64,000 nucleotides of DNA, from the NCBI GenBank assembly GCA_963736645.1, contig CAVTPJ010000002.1, forward strand, positions 2,879 to 66,878, given 5' to 3'. The notes beneath the pieces are model-generated. The model made no database searches, was not told the origin of the DNA, and was given only the letters and a program-made list of their open reading frames with translations. The stretch comes from an uncultured Thermoleophilia bacterium (GTDB lineage: Bacteria > Actinomycetota > Thermoleophilia > UBA2241). A program made the position numbers and the translations under genes. Shown here piece by piece: positions 26,355 through 36,263 of this stretch; the stretch's first letter is position 1, and each line of letters begins with the position of its first letter.

Positions 26355-26885
26355 GTCTCTCCTCTTGAATCGTACCGAGGCAGGTCACGTAGCTTGGCCC
26401 GTCATGCGGTGGACGCTCAGAGGCAGGCAACGCCAGTCCGTGTGGTCTCGGCCTTCACCGGGATCGCGTTGCGAGTATGCGGTGAGGACCTGCAGACGCG
26501 GTCTGAGCCCGCCCGTTGTGCGCTCCCGGCGCGGGGGTACTGTTGTCACAATGGGCGACAGTGTTGCAGGCCCCAGAAGCATCTGCAACTCTTGCGTAAG
26601 TAGCACGACTTGCTGCAAACAAGTACGTGCAATGCCGACTCCGGGGTGCGGAGGTACGGGCATCGGTGCGAACCACGGAGAGCGCGCGCGTCGCCACGAA
26701 AGAGGAGGCGCGCGCTGGCTCAGAGACGGACGACCTCAGCTGAGAGCACGGCGACCCCTTGTCGTCGCGTGAGACCTCAGGTGAAGGACCCGGGAGCAGC
26801 CCGACACAAAGCGGCGTGTGAGGGGGCCGCGGCACGCACAGGAGCCCTCCTCTCAAGCTGCGTCATCAACAGGCCTCCGTCCCGG

Positions 26886-27827
26886 CTAGGCAGGCGGGGT
26901 GGACTCATGGTGCTCCTTCCCGCGCCGCCTCAGTTCCCTCTGTGCCTGGGCCCGCGCACAGTCCCTGCTGCAGTACATGACGCCCTCGGTGCGGTGCTGG
27001 TGGCGCTTGGCGCGACCTTGCTGGCGCACGAAGAGGCGGCCGCACCTCTCGTTCTGACAGCGCCGGTAGGTCGCTCCTTCGGCGATGTGGTTCCAGAGCT
27101 GAAGGCAGAGGACCGCGAAGAGCGAGGGCTGCGACGCGGCGCCACGAAAGCGGTTGGGTAGGGCGTCTTCGGTCGAGCCGAGCTCAAGAGCGATGTGGAA
27201 GTCGCGCAATCCATGGTTGAGGTGAGAAACGAGGAACCAGACGAGGATCGTCTCGAGGTTCAACGCCGAGACCGACAGCAGCTCCGTGATGCCGAAAGCC
27301 TGCGACTCCCACTGCTTGGCCACAGCGACGTAGCCCTCTCTCGTCTGGTGCGCCTGCCAGATACGTGTGAGATCCCTGAGGAGGCGCACGTGAAGCCGGA
27401 ACTCTTCGAGGTGCAGGTATGTGCCCCGGGTCTCTTGGGCCGTGCCTTCGTGCGGCGCATCGGCAATGGCCAGCCTGCGCAGCTCGGCCACGACCTCGGG
27501 CCGTGGCGCCGCCAAGCGGTGCGCGCCGAGTGGTGCCGCGTAGGATACGGTCTCTTGGGGCGTGACGTCTCGCAGGCCGGACGGTGCGATCGGCCCGAAC
27601 CGCTCACTGAATGCTCGGATGGCCTCGGAGTCCGTCAGGTCGAGATCCACGACCTCGCGGAGATAGAGCTCCATGGGCAGCTCGACGGGCCAACGCACCG
27701 GCGCATCGAAACCCATCACCTTGCCGTCGAAATGGGTCAGTGTCGCGACTTCGACCGGGGGCACGGGGACGCGGACCTCAGGCCACGACGCTATGTGGAA
27801 TCGGCCTTCTTGATCCGCTCTGCTCAT
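26886..27827 (-). CDS. Hypothetical protein with a C-terminal CGNR-like zinc-ribbon
   Basis: ATG at 27827 sits just below an AT-rich stretch. C-terminus [49 protein letters not shown] resembles the zf-CGNR pattern (C..C..F......WCS..CGNR). The N-terminal ~250 aa were not recognised. Confidence 0.55.
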   Translation of the reverse strand: MSRADQEGRFHIASWPEVRVPVPPVEVATLTHFDGKVMGFDAPVRWPVELPMELYLREVVDLDLTDSEAIRAFSERFGPIAPSGLRDVTPQETVSYAAPLGAHRLAAPRPEVVAELRRLAIADAPHEGTAQETRGTYLHLEEFRLHVRLLRDLTRIWQAHQTREGYVAVAKQWESQAFGITELLSVSALNLETILVWFLVSHLNHGLRDFHIALELGSTEDALPNRFRGAASQPSLFAVLCLQLWNHIAEGATYRRCQNERCGRLFVRQQGRAKRHQHRTEGVMYCSRDCARAQAQRELRRRGKEHHESTPPA

Positions 27828-27984
27828 CGTAATGCGCTCTTCACGGTACCTCGCAGTATCATCAAAGTACCTAACGCCACTAGATGGTACCACTACTAAC
27901 GGATAGCGCCGGCGTGCTTGCTTGGTCAAGAGCACGGTGATTGACGGCCCGTCGGCGTCGCGGTGGAGCCGAAGCGCTCCCGGT

Positions 27985-28617
27985 TCAGAATCTCTTCAAC
28001 ACCCACCTCGCCCGGAATCTCCCGAAGACCTTGAAATACATCCCCAGAAGCACCGGTCGTGCACCCAGTTTCTGCTTGAACCTGATTGATGCCAGATTCC
28101 AGGGCACAGTCACGCTGTAGAAGGTATCGCGTCCCATCCTGTTGAGGACGTCGTAGGTCCGATAGCGCAGGGCTGGGGCAAGGCTGTTCCCGCGATGCGC
28201 CTTGAGGACGTACATGTCGTAGAGGTACGCCTCGTTGTCCTTCATTCTCACCGGATAGTAGCCGACGGACCCGACCAGTGAGTACCAGGTGAAGGCTGCG
28301 ATCTGACCGCTGCATTTCAGTCCCACGCAGACGTCTCCCCTGTCCAGGTCGTCGACCACATGCCTCTCGGGGGCGAAGCCCAGGCGTTCCTCAAGGCGGC
28401 TGATCGCGAGGACGTCGTCGCGTCCGAAGACCGAGAATTCAAACCCCTCCGGCAGCTTGGCCAGGTGCTCGGGGACCTGCGCAGGCATGGCCTCTCTCAT
28501 GTAGTAGAAGGGCTGAGCCGTAACGCCGACTCGCGACGAGTAATGCAGGAGGGCAAACAAGACTCCCTCGTTGCGAGCCCTTTCCAGGAATATGCGCACC
28601 TTCGACGGTATGTCCAT
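27985..28617 (-). CDS. GNAT-family N-acetyltransferase (lower-GC gene)
   Basis: [59 protein letters not shown] is a GNAT core with an acetyl-CoA motif-A-like RGxxxA. The start could be ATG at 28617 or 28641. Confidence 0.65.
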   Translation of the reverse strand: MDIPSKVRIFLERARNEGVLFALLHYSSRVGVTAQPFYYMREAMPAQVPEHLAKLPEGFEFSVFGRDDVLAISRLEERLGFAPERHVVDDLDRGDVCVGLKCSGQIAAFTWYSLVGSVGYYPVRMKDNEAYLYDMYVLKAHRGNSLAPALRYRTYDVLNRMGRDTFYSVTVPWNLASIRFKQKLGARPVLLGMYFKVFGRFRARWVLKRF

Positions 28618-28753
28618 TGGCCGTTCCCTTGGTCGCTCCACTACGTTGAGCGCCTCGTTGACCCGTACTGACCTTGCGGTTGCCGGCCACTGCGCCTACC
28701 TCGACGACGAAGCGCTACCTGCACAGCCGGAACGATCCGAGGCCAGAGGAAGA

Positions 28754-28829
28754 TGGTCGGTGGCCAGACTCGAACCCGCGACCCCTGGTCCCCCAGACGA
28801 GGGCGCCAACCCGGCTGCGCCACACGCCC
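28754..28829 (-). tRNA. Degenerate tRNA-Pro(GGG)-like sequence, probable pseudo-tRNA or recombination remnant
   Basis: RNA sense: GGGCGUG UG GCGC AGCCGGGUUG GCGC C CUCGU CUGGGGG ACCAG GGGUC GCGGG UUCGAGU CUGGC CACCGACCA. The D arm and anticodon loop are intact. The anticodon stem has a C-C mismatch, the T stem a G-G mismatch, and the 3' acceptor strand is 2 nt short and does not pair. Confidence 0.45.
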
Positions 28830-29130
28830 ACCGGACAGCGAGCATCGTAGCACGGGCATCACGCGTGTCTGTCTTGATTCCGTCTTCCGGCGGGGCGCTT
28901 CTGCGCCAGGGGAGCGTACGCGCTCGCGCTATCCGGGCCGCAGCTGAGGCCCGCCGCCCTCACGTTCAGCGGGCCTCTGCAATGGACGAGCCGCTCGGTC
29001 GGGTCGTCTTCTTGCTCGACCTCCTAGTTCACCGTCACCATGAGCGGCCCGGTCGTCCCCCAGTTGCCGGCCTGGTCGATTGCCCTCTGCTTGCCGCTCG
29101 TCTGCGAGGACGCCTCTCAGGGAGCGTCGG

Positions 29131-29646
29131 TCACGGGACTGCCGGAGGCACGAAGTGGCCCTTCATCGCCCAAGGCCGTGCTTCGCCCGCCGATCGGCCT
29201 GTGGTCAGGTGGGCCTCCCAACCGTCGTAGGGACTCCCGTCGGCACCGTATGCGACGTCGGGGAGGGCATACCTGAGGGGCATGGGGGCGTTCGGGTCAA
29301 TGTAGTGATCCCAGAGTGAACATTGCCACGCCAGGTGCCCGTCAGGGGCGTAGAAGTCGTAGTACCCCGTGACGTGCGTGCCGAGCTCATCGCTGTAGCC
29401 ATCGTCGAGCGTGATCACGGCGTCGTACCTCACCTTGCCGGGCCCCAGTGGATCATCCATCAGCACCTGCATCTCGAAGACGAAGGATCCATCGGACAGG
29501 GGGATGGTGTCGGTCGGCGGATACCACACCGCGTTCCAGTTGAGCCGGCCCGCCGCCGGCCCTTTGGCTGCGGCAGGGCCGACCGTGGACGCCAGCAGTG
29601 CCAGTGCCAACGCGGCGAGTACGACCAGGAGCAGACTCTTCTTCAT
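29131..29646 (-). CDS. Secreted hypothetical protein
   Basis: Signal peptide MKKSLLLVVLAALALALLASTVGPAAA followed by a Trp/Tyr/Asp-rich domain (LNWNAVWYPPTD...YYDFYAPDGHLAWQCSLWDHYIDPN). No family recognised. Confidence 0.55.
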   Translation of the reverse strand: MKKSLLLVVLAALALALLASTVGPAAAKGPAAGRLNWNAVWYPPTDTIPLSDGSFVFEMQVLMDDPLGPGKVRYDAVITLDDGYSDELGTHVTGYYDFYAPDGHLAWQCSLWDHYIDPNAPMPLRYALPDVAYGADGSPYDGWEAHLTTGRSAGEARPWAMKGHFVPPAVP

Positions 29647-30214
29647 CACTGACATCCTTTCGAGACGTGCAGGTAGGATGCTCGCCGCGCCGCTGGCGGC
29701 AAGCGCCTCCGTCTTGGCTGTGCCATAGACACCTCCCTCGCGGACCCGCAGGGTCGGCCCCGCAGAGCATGAAGACCGGCCCGCAACCCAGTCTCACCAG
29801 TGGCTTGTCGTGCCGGCGGGGGGTGGTGGCCGTGTACGATTGCCGGCGGATCGGCGTCTCCCCGCCTCCCGACCGCTTGACTGTGCCCGTCCAATCCACC
29901 GCCGTCATCACCTGAATCAGGTGAATGCCGGGCGACGCTGGGCGTGAGCCAGCGACTTCCACCGTCCACCAAGGGAGGCCCGCTGCCCTCACGGGCGGCG
30001 GGCCTCGGCCTTCTCGCGCTCAGGCGGCGCACGTCGCGCCGTCGCTGGCGCCCCGCGGCTCGTCGGCTACTTGGCAGCGACCTGCGGATCGCTTCGCTGC
30101 CTCAGCCGCGGCTACAGAAAGTCCCTGAGGGCGCCGCAGCGCGCGGGGAGATGGTGCCGGCAAAGGCGGAATACACGTGGAACACCGAGCGGCTGTCTCT
30201 GAGGGCAAAGAAGA

Positions 30215-30292
30215 TGGTCGGCGTGGCCAGATTTGAACTGGCGACCCCTAGTCCCCCAGACTAGTGCGCTAACCAGGCTGCGCCACACGCCG
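30215..30292 (-). tRNA. tRNA-Pro (anticodon GGG)
   Basis: Perfect cloverleaf: CGGCGUG UG GCGC AGCCUGGUUA GCGC A CUAGU CUGGGGG ACUAG GGGUC GCCAG UUCAAAU CUGGC CACGCCG A CCA. CCA is encoded. 78 nt. Confidence 0.9.
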
Positions 30293-30346
30293 ACCGTACA
30301 GGCGGCATTTTAGCACAGGCGACGGAGGCCGCGTCGGAGCGTAGAC

Positions 30347-30379
30347 GGGGGCTGCCTCCCGCCGCGGGAGGCAGCCCCC
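30347..30379 (-). terminator. 14-bp perfect GC hairpin downstream of the PHP-domain protein gene
   Basis: gggggctgcctccc (30347-30360), loop gccgc, gggaggcagccccc (30366-30379). It lies 26 nt past the stop at 30405 and upstream of tRNA-Pro. Confidence 0.65.
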
Positions 30380-30404
30380 TCAGTACGCGCGGTGACGCAG
30401 GCGT

Positions 30405-32735
30405 CTACTTGACCATGCGCGTCCAGATCGGGTTGGTGACGGCGCGGTGCCCGTCCTGGTCCTCGACGATGAACGAATACCAGGTCTTCGTCGTGGTCTT
30501 GAGGTTGAAGGACACGATCTCGCGCGTCGTCTTGTCGTGGAAGGTGAGCGTGCGGATCGGCTCGCCCTTGCGCAGGACCTGGACCGACTTGAGGCCGTCC
30601 ACCGCGGCCACCCTGAGGCTCACGGGCAGCACGCCGCGGCGCTCGCTGACGTCCACCCGCTGGCCGTACACCATGCCGTTGAGCGGCTCGACGAGCGGGC
30701 CTTCCGTCACGTACGAGTGTCCCGCCTTGAGGGCGGCGATGTAGTTGGTTTGGGTCTTCTGGAGCGGCGCCGGGATGTTCGCGTACGTGCGGGTCGAGCC
30801 GGAGATCCACGACCACACGTCGTGTGTGTCGGTGCTGCCCACGAGGTAGTAGCGCTTGTTGGCGCCCGAGAGGCTGCTCGTCCACAGGTCCATGGCCCTG
30901 GACAGCGTCGCGCTGTCGGGGCCCTTCGCGTCGGCGGTGGACTGCAGCTCGATCATGTCGAAGTCGGGGCTGTAGCCGCCGGGGATGGTGCCGTCGTCTG
31001 CGGCGGTGAAGTACCCGTAGGCGATGTAGGGGTGGTTGATGGTGATCAGCATGCCGGCCTTGTGGGCGGCGTCGATGATCTGCTGCGCGGTGCCGGTGGG
31101 GTCGATCGTGACCGGGCTCTTGATCGACATGGGCAGGACGTTGAAGTGCGCCCAGATCGGCGAGATCTCGTCCGACGAGATGAAGGGCACGCCCCGCTTG
31201 GCCGAGAACACACTCATCGCCTTGTTGTTGGCGAAGGAGTCGTGGTCGGAGAGCGAGGTGAAGTCGAGCCCGGCGGAGAGCTGCGAGCGCACCACGTACT
31301 CGGGCGGAGTGACGCCGTCGAGGATGTCCGAGTGGTGGTGCATGTCGGCGCTGAACCAGCGGCGGTGCGCCGGGTTGAGGAGCCTGGCGATGCTCACCGA
31401 CACCGTCTGGTCCTCTCCGGCGACCACGGTGATCGGCACGCTGGCCGCTCGTGTCGTGAAGCCGTCGCCGGCGGTGATGTCGAGCGTGAAGTCGCCGGGG
31501 GCCACGTTCAGTCTGGCCGTGCCGACGGCGGTGAGGTCGGTGAAGAAGACGCTCTTGCCGAGGAACCCGACCAGCGGCGGCGTACCACCGCTCACCCGGA
31601 TACGGGCGTCGATCGGCGTGCCGGTCACGGCGCGCTTCACCTTGACGGTCACCGCGCTCTGCGGGGTGAGCCCGGTGAAGTCCTGCGTCACGTCGCCGGA
31701 TTCCGCGACCACGACATCGGCCATGGCCGTGCTCGAGTACCCCTTGGCCACGGCGTAGAGCTGGTAGCTGCCGACGGGGAGGCTCAGGCTGTAGGCGTCG
31801 CCTTCCGCGACCACCCAGGTGAACGGCGCCCCGTCCTTCTGGACGACCACGATCGGCGGCTCGGGGAAGCTGCCCGAGGCCGCGGCGACGGTGCCGTGCA
31901 CCGTGCCGGCCGCGTCGGCGCGATCATCGATCACCGTGGCGACGAAGCGGGAGATGCTGGCGCTGTCTTCGAACTGCACCTTGCCGTCGAAGGTCAGCGA
32001 GTCGCCGGGAGCGAACGTGCTCTTCGTGTAGAGGTCCTGCCACCCGGTGCCGCCGTCGTGCGCGTCGGCGGCCGCATAGTGCAGGCCGATGGAGTAGTCG
32101 GAGTCGTAGCCGAGCACGTACTTGCCGTAGGGATCGCTCACGGTGGGATACGGGTCGCCGGGCTGCTCGGCGTAGGGCCCGAACATGAACCCGCCGGTCG
32201 TGCAGAACGTGTAGCCGGGGAAGATGTCCGTGTACGTCTCGCCGCTGCCGCCGGGGTTCGTGGCGACCGTGCTGAGCAGAGCGAAACGGCTGCCGCGGTC
32301 GACGGTGATCGTCGTGACGAGTTCGAGCTTGTTGTAGTCACGCGCGACGGTCACCACGGCCTGGTCGGTCGTGTCCTTGGTGACGGTGACGGTCTGGTAG
32401 GTGTTGGGCCAGGCCGCCCAGGCATTGGGCAGGAAGTCGACCAGCGTCAGCTTGTCCCTGCCCCAGACGCCGCCGGTGATCGTGGTGCCGTCCAGGATGC
32501 TGCCCTTGGGCACGCCCCAGGGTGGGGCGGTGTCGACGGCGACGGCGATGGCGAAGTAGCCGTTGTCGATGGTGATGTCGTTGGCGCCGAGGCAACTGCC
32601 GTTGGTGATGGTGGTGGGCCCCGTCGTCAGATTGACGTCGGGGTCGACGGCGAGCGCGGCGCTCGCGGGCACGGTGAGCAGAAGCAGCGTGAGGACCGCC
32701 GCGATGACGAGCCTCTTTGTGGTGCTGTGTCCCAT
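30405..32735 (-). CDS. Large secreted protein with a C-terminal PHP-domain metallohydrolase (CehA/McbA-like)
   Basis: Signal peptide MGHSTTKRLVIAAVLTLLLLTVPASAALA. Beta-rich N-terminal domains. ...RRWFSADMHHHSDILDGV...LDFTSLSDHDS...ITINHPY...GSTDTHD (PHP His/Asp metal motifs). Confidence 0.8.
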   Translation of the reverse strand: MGHSTTKRLVIAAVLTLLLLTVPASAALAVDPDVNLTTGPTTITNGSCLGANDITIDNGYFAIAVAVDTAPPWGVPKGSILDGTTITGGVWGRDKLTLVDFLPNAWAAWPNTYQTVTVTKDTTDQAVVTVARDYNKLELVTTITVDRGSRFALLSTVATNPGGSGETYTDIFPGYTFCTTGGFMFGPYAEQPGDPYPTVSDPYGKYVLGYDSDYSIGLHYAAADAHDGGTGWQDLYTKSTFAPGDSLTFDGKVQFEDSASISRFVATVIDDRADAAGTVHGTVAAASGSFPEPPIVVVQKDGAPFTWVVAEGDAYSLSLPVGSYQLYAVAKGYSSTAMADVVVAESGDVTQDFTGLTPQSAVTVKVKRAVTGTPIDARIRVSGGTPPLVGFLGKSVFFTDLTAVGTARLNVAPGDFTLDITAGDGFTTRAASVPITVVAGEDQTVSVSIARLLNPAHRRWFSADMHHHSDILDGVTPPEYVVRSQLSAGLDFTSLSDHDSFANNKAMSVFSAKRGVPFISSDEISPIWAHFNVLPMSIKSPVTIDPTGTAQQIIDAAHKAGMLITINHPYIAYGYFTAADDGTIPGGYSPDFDMIELQSTADAKGPDSATLSRAMDLWTSSLSGANKRYYLVGSTDTHDVWSWISGSTRTYANIPAPLQKTQTNYIAALKAGHSYVTEGPLVEPLNGMVYGQRVDVSERRGVLPVSLRVAAVDGLKSVQVLRKGEPIRTLTFHDKTTREIVSFNLKTTTKTWYSFIVEDQDGHRAVTNPIWTRMVK

Positions 32736-33017
32736 AGTCCCTCCACAGATGCTGACGAGCGTGCGGATGAGCCGTCCCGCGCGCCCTCCGGGCGGCCGCG
32801 GGCGGCCTCGAGACGGAGCGCTGCATCCCCCCTTTCAGCAGGTGGCCCGCCCCTCCGCGGGCTCACACGACGGTGACGTCCCGCCCGGCCGCGGCTGCGG
32901 CTCGTCGGGTGTATCGCCTGCAGACATCCTAGTCCCGGGCCTGCGGCCGTGTACATGCTCCATCAGGCGTTTCTCGCGGCGACGCGCCACGCCCGGCGGG
33001 GCTGCTAGACTCCTGTC

Positions 33018-33578
33018 ATGCAACGCCTCATGCGTCACGTGCCCAACATCCTCACGGTCGCGCGCCTGTGCGCGCTGCCGCTGGTCGTGTGGACCTACTC
33101 GCTGTACGCCCCCGGGGCCGCATGGACCACGGCCTGGATCGTGCTCTTCGCGGCGCTCAGCGACGTGGCCGACGGCCTCATCGCCCGCAGGTACCACGTG
33201 CAGAGCGAGTTCGGCCGCTGGATCGATCCGATCGCCGACCGGCTCTTCTTCTTCACCCTTGTCGCGATGCTCTGGTACTTCGGCACGCTGCCGTGGTGGG
33301 CCGTGCTGCCGCTGCTCGTCCGCGACGGCATCATCCTGCTGCTGGCGATCCCGACGCGGCGCTACACCAGCGAGGGGCCGCAGATCAGCCGCTGGGGCAA
33401 GGCCAGCAACTTCATCCTCATCTGCGCCATCCAGTGGTTCATCATCGACCTCCGGGTCATCGGCTGGGGCTTCTTCGCCGTCGGGGCAAGCCTGTACGTG
33501 GCCAGCGGGCTCCTGTACGGATACCGCGCCATCGCCTGGGTCCGTGGGGCGCGGGGAGGGGGCGGCACGCCGGCCTGA
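33018..33578 (+). CDS. CDP-alcohol phosphatidyltransferase family protein
   Basis: PNILTVARL...SDVADGLIARRYHVQSEFGRWIDPIADR matches D(x)2DG(x)2AR(x)8G(x)3D(x)3D. Multi-pass membrane protein. Confidence 0.8.
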   Translation: MQRLMRHVPNILTVARLCALPLVVWTYSLYAPGAAWTTAWIVLFAALSDVADGLIARRYHVQSEFGRWIDPIADRLFFFTLVAMLWYFGTLPWWAVLPLLVRDGIILLLAIPTRRYTSEGPQISRWGKASNFILICAIQWFIIDLRVIGWGFFAVGASLYVASGLLYGYRAIAWVRGARGGGGTPA

Positions 33579-33690
33579 GCCGCGCCGCCTCGTGCCTCCG
33601 CCCGTGGAGTCCCTGCACGCTCAGAAGGCGTTTCGCGCGCACGCACATCTGGTACGCTAGCCGCACAGGGGTCCTCGTTCTTCAGCGGAG

Positions 33691-36228
33691 GTGAGGCGCG
33701 TGCGCGCAGTGGTCATGGCCGGAGGCGAGGGCACGCGCCTGCGCCCTCTCACCAGCAACCAGCCCAAGCCGATGGTGTCGCTGTGCGGCAAGCCGTGCAT
33801 GGAGCACATCGTCGAGCTGCTCAAGCGTCACGGCATCGACGAGACCGTCGTCACGCTCATGTTCCTGCCCAAGGTCATCCGCGACTACTTCGGCGACGGT
33901 TCGAGCCTCGGCGTGAGCATGCAGTACTCCGTCGAGCAGTCTCCGGCGGGCACCGCCGGCAGCGTCAAGCTCGCGGAAGACGAGCTCAGGGACGACACCT
34001 CCATCGTCATCAGCGGCGACGCGCTCACCGACTTCGACCTCACCGAGCTCGTCGCCTTCCACAAGCGGCGCGGCGCCATGGTCACCATCGCGCTGAAGCG
34101 CGTGGAGAACCCGCTCGAGTTCGGCGTCGTCGTCGTCGACGACGACGGGCGCATCGAGCGCTTCCTCGAGAAGCCCACCTGGGGCCAGGTGTTCAGCGAC
34201 ACCGTCAACACGGGCATCTACGTGCTCGAGCCGGAGGTGTTCGACCACATCCCGGCCGACACCAAGTACGACTTCAGTCAGGAGCTGTTCCCCAAGCTGT
34301 TCGAGATGGGCGCGCCGCTCTACGGGTACGTGGCCGAGGGCTATTGGCAGGACATCGGCAGCCTGCCGCAGTATCTGGCCGCCAACCGCGACCTGCTCGA
34401 CGGCAAGGTCGAGGCCGAGCTCCCCGGCATCGAGCTGCAGAACCGCATCTTCCTCGGCGACGGCGTCAACCTGGACTCGCTCGAGAACATGCAGGGCCCG
34501 GCCTTCGTCGGCAACTACGTCAAGATCGATGCCACCGCGTCGATCGGCGCCTACTCGGTGCTCGGCAGCAACGTCGTGGTCAAGGAGCACGCCGAGACGC
34601 GCAACAGCGTGATCGGCGCCAACACCTACGTGGGCGCCTCGGCCAAGGTCCTCGGCGCCATCGTCGGCAAGAACTGCGACATCAAGGCGGGAGCCTCGCT
34701 CAGCGAGGGGGCCTCCATCGGCGACGAGTCGGTGATCGGCGAGCAGGCGTACATCGCGCCGGACGTCAAGATCTACCCGTACAAGACGGTCGACTCGGGG
34801 GCCCAGATCCACAGCAGCATCATCTGGGAGTCCCGGGGCAGCTCTCAGCTCTTCGGCAAGGACGGCGTCACCGGGCTCATCAACGTCGACATCACGGCCG
34901 AGCTGGCGCTCAAGCTGGCGATGGCCTACGGCACCGTGCTCAAGAAGGGCGTGCGCGTCACCACGAGCCGTGACGCCCACCCGGCGTCACGGGTCATCAA
35001 GCGCGCCCTCATCTGCGGCCTCAACTCCACCGGCGTCGTGGTGCGCGACCTGCGCGTGGCGAGCAGCGCCATCAACCGCTTCGAGGTCGAGAACGGCAGC
35101 GCCCAGGGGGGCATGCACGTGCGCATCGCGAGCTGGGACCCCGAGATGATCCAGATCCAGGTGTTCGAGCCGCCGGGCATCAACCTGAGCGAGCAGCGCC
35201 AGAAGGACATCGAGAAGTACTACGGACGCCAGGACTTCCGCCGCGCCTTCTACAGCGAGTTCGGGGAGATCACCTTCCCGGACCGGGCGATGGAGACCTA
35301 CGTCCGCGGCCTGCTGGGCTCGTGGGACGTCGAGCGCATCCGCAGCCGCGCCTACCGGCTGGTGATCGACTACTCGTACTCGCCGGCCTCGCTCACGCTG
35401 CCGAACCTCCTCGGCAACCTGGGCGCCGAGGTGCTGTCCATGCGCGCCTTCAACGACCAGCAGCACGTGAGCCTCGGCGCCGAGGAGCTCGGCGTCAACC
35501 TGCAGGAGGTCCAGCGCCTCGTACGTACCATGGAGGCCGACCTCGGGCTCGTCATCGGCCCTGGCGCCGAGCGCCTCTACGTGGTCGACGACACCGGCGC
35601 CGAGGTGCCGCTCGAGAAGGCTCTGCTGCTCTTCGTGAAGCTCGTCGCCCAGCAGGCCTCCAAGGGCGAGAAGATCGTCCTTCCGCTGACGGTCACGCAC
35701 CTCGCCGAGACGCTCGCCGAGCCGTTCGGCGTGGAGGTCGTGCGGACCAAGGTGTCGCTGCCGGCGCTGGCGCAGGCGTCGACCGCCGACGGCGTGGTGT
35801 TCGCCGGCTCCCTCAGTGGCGGCTACATCTTCCCGCGCTTCCTGCCGGCGTTCGATGCCGTCATGAGCCTCGGCAAGCTGCTCGAGCTGCTGGCGCCGCA
35901 AGCCCGCCCCCTCAGCGAGCAGCTGGCCGAGATCCCCACCAGCACCCTCGTCCACAAGACGGTGGCATGCCCCTGGGCGCTCAAGGGCACGGTCATGCGC
36001 ACCGCCACCGAGCACCTGCAGCGCGAGGCCGCGGGTGGTGACGCCGAGATCGACATGATCGACGGCATCCAGCTCCGTCGCGACGAGGGGTGGGTCCAGC
36101 TCCTGCCCGACGCCGACGAACCCGTCTTCCACATCTACGCCGAGGGCGCCGACCACGACGACTCCGAGCGGCTCGCCGAGGGGTTCCTCGAGGTGGTCCG
36201 TGCCGTGATCCGGGAGAACGGCGAGTAG
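33691..36228 (+). CDS. Bifunctional sugar-1-phosphate nucleotidyltransferase (mannose-1-P guanylyltransferase-like, NTP-transferase + LbH) fused to a phosphohexomutase-like domain
   Basis: [24 protein letters not shown] (NTP-transferase G-loop). Mid-region hexapeptide repeats. C-terminal ~450 aa resemble PGM/PMM domains ([15 protein letters not shown]...). Confidence 0.85.
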   Translation: MRRVRAVVMAGGEGTRLRPLTSNQPKPMVSLCGKPCMEHIVELLKRHGIDETVVTLMFLPKVIRDYFGDGSSLGVSMQYSVEQSPAGTAGSVKLAEDELRDDTSIVISGDALTDFDLTELVAFHKRRGAMVTIALKRVENPLEFGVVVVDDDGRIERFLEKPTWGQVFSDTVNTGIYVLEPEVFDHIPADTKYDFSQELFPKLFEMGAPLYGYVAEGYWQDIGSLPQYLAANRDLLDGKVEAELPGIELQNRIFLGDGVNLDSLENMQGPAFVGNYVKIDATASIGAYSVLGSNVVVKEHAETRNSVIGANTYVGASAKVLGAIVGKNCDIKAGASLSEGASIGDESVIGEQAYIAPDVKIYPYKTVDSGAQIHSSIIWESRGSSQLFGKDGVTGLINVDITAELALKLAMAYGTVLKKGVRVTTSRDAHPASRVIKRALICGLNSTGVVVRDLRVASSAINRFEVENGSAQGGMHVRIASWDPEMIQIQVFEPPGINLSEQRQKDIEKYYGRQDFRRAFYSEFGEITFPDRAMETYVRGLLGSWDVERIRSRAYRLVIDYSYSPASLTLPNLLGNLGAEVLSMRAFNDQQHVSLGAEELGVNLQEVQRLVRTMEADLGLVIGPGAERLYVVDDTGAEVPLEKALLLFVKLVAQQASKGEKIVLPLTVTHLAETLAEPFGVEVVRTKVSLPALAQASTADGVVFAGSLSGGYIFPRFLPAFDAVMSLGKLLELLAPQARPLSEQLAEIPTSTLVHKTVACPWALKGTVMRTATEHLQREAAGGDAEIDMIDGIQLRRDEGWVQLLPDADEPVFHIYAEGADHDDSERLAEGFLEVVRAVIRENGE

Positions 36229-36263
36229 GGACCCGGGGTGCGGGCGGCGAACGCTGCCGTACA

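Noticed and set aside
26820-26885. CACGCACAGG... string resembling the start of a c-di-GMP-I (GEMM) riboswitch
   Set aside because: Only the first ~10 nt match. The GNRA tetraloop/receptor and the ACGCAAAGCC core are absent. It is on the + strand with no downstream + gene, directly after the stop of a minus-strand gene.
26355-30300. Calling the tRNA-flanked patch an integrative element or prophage remnant
   Set aside because: No integrase, excisionase, transposase or phage structural gene is present. Only compositional and tRNA-repeat evidence exists, so it is reported as an accessory patch of uncertain origin rather than annotated as a mobile element.
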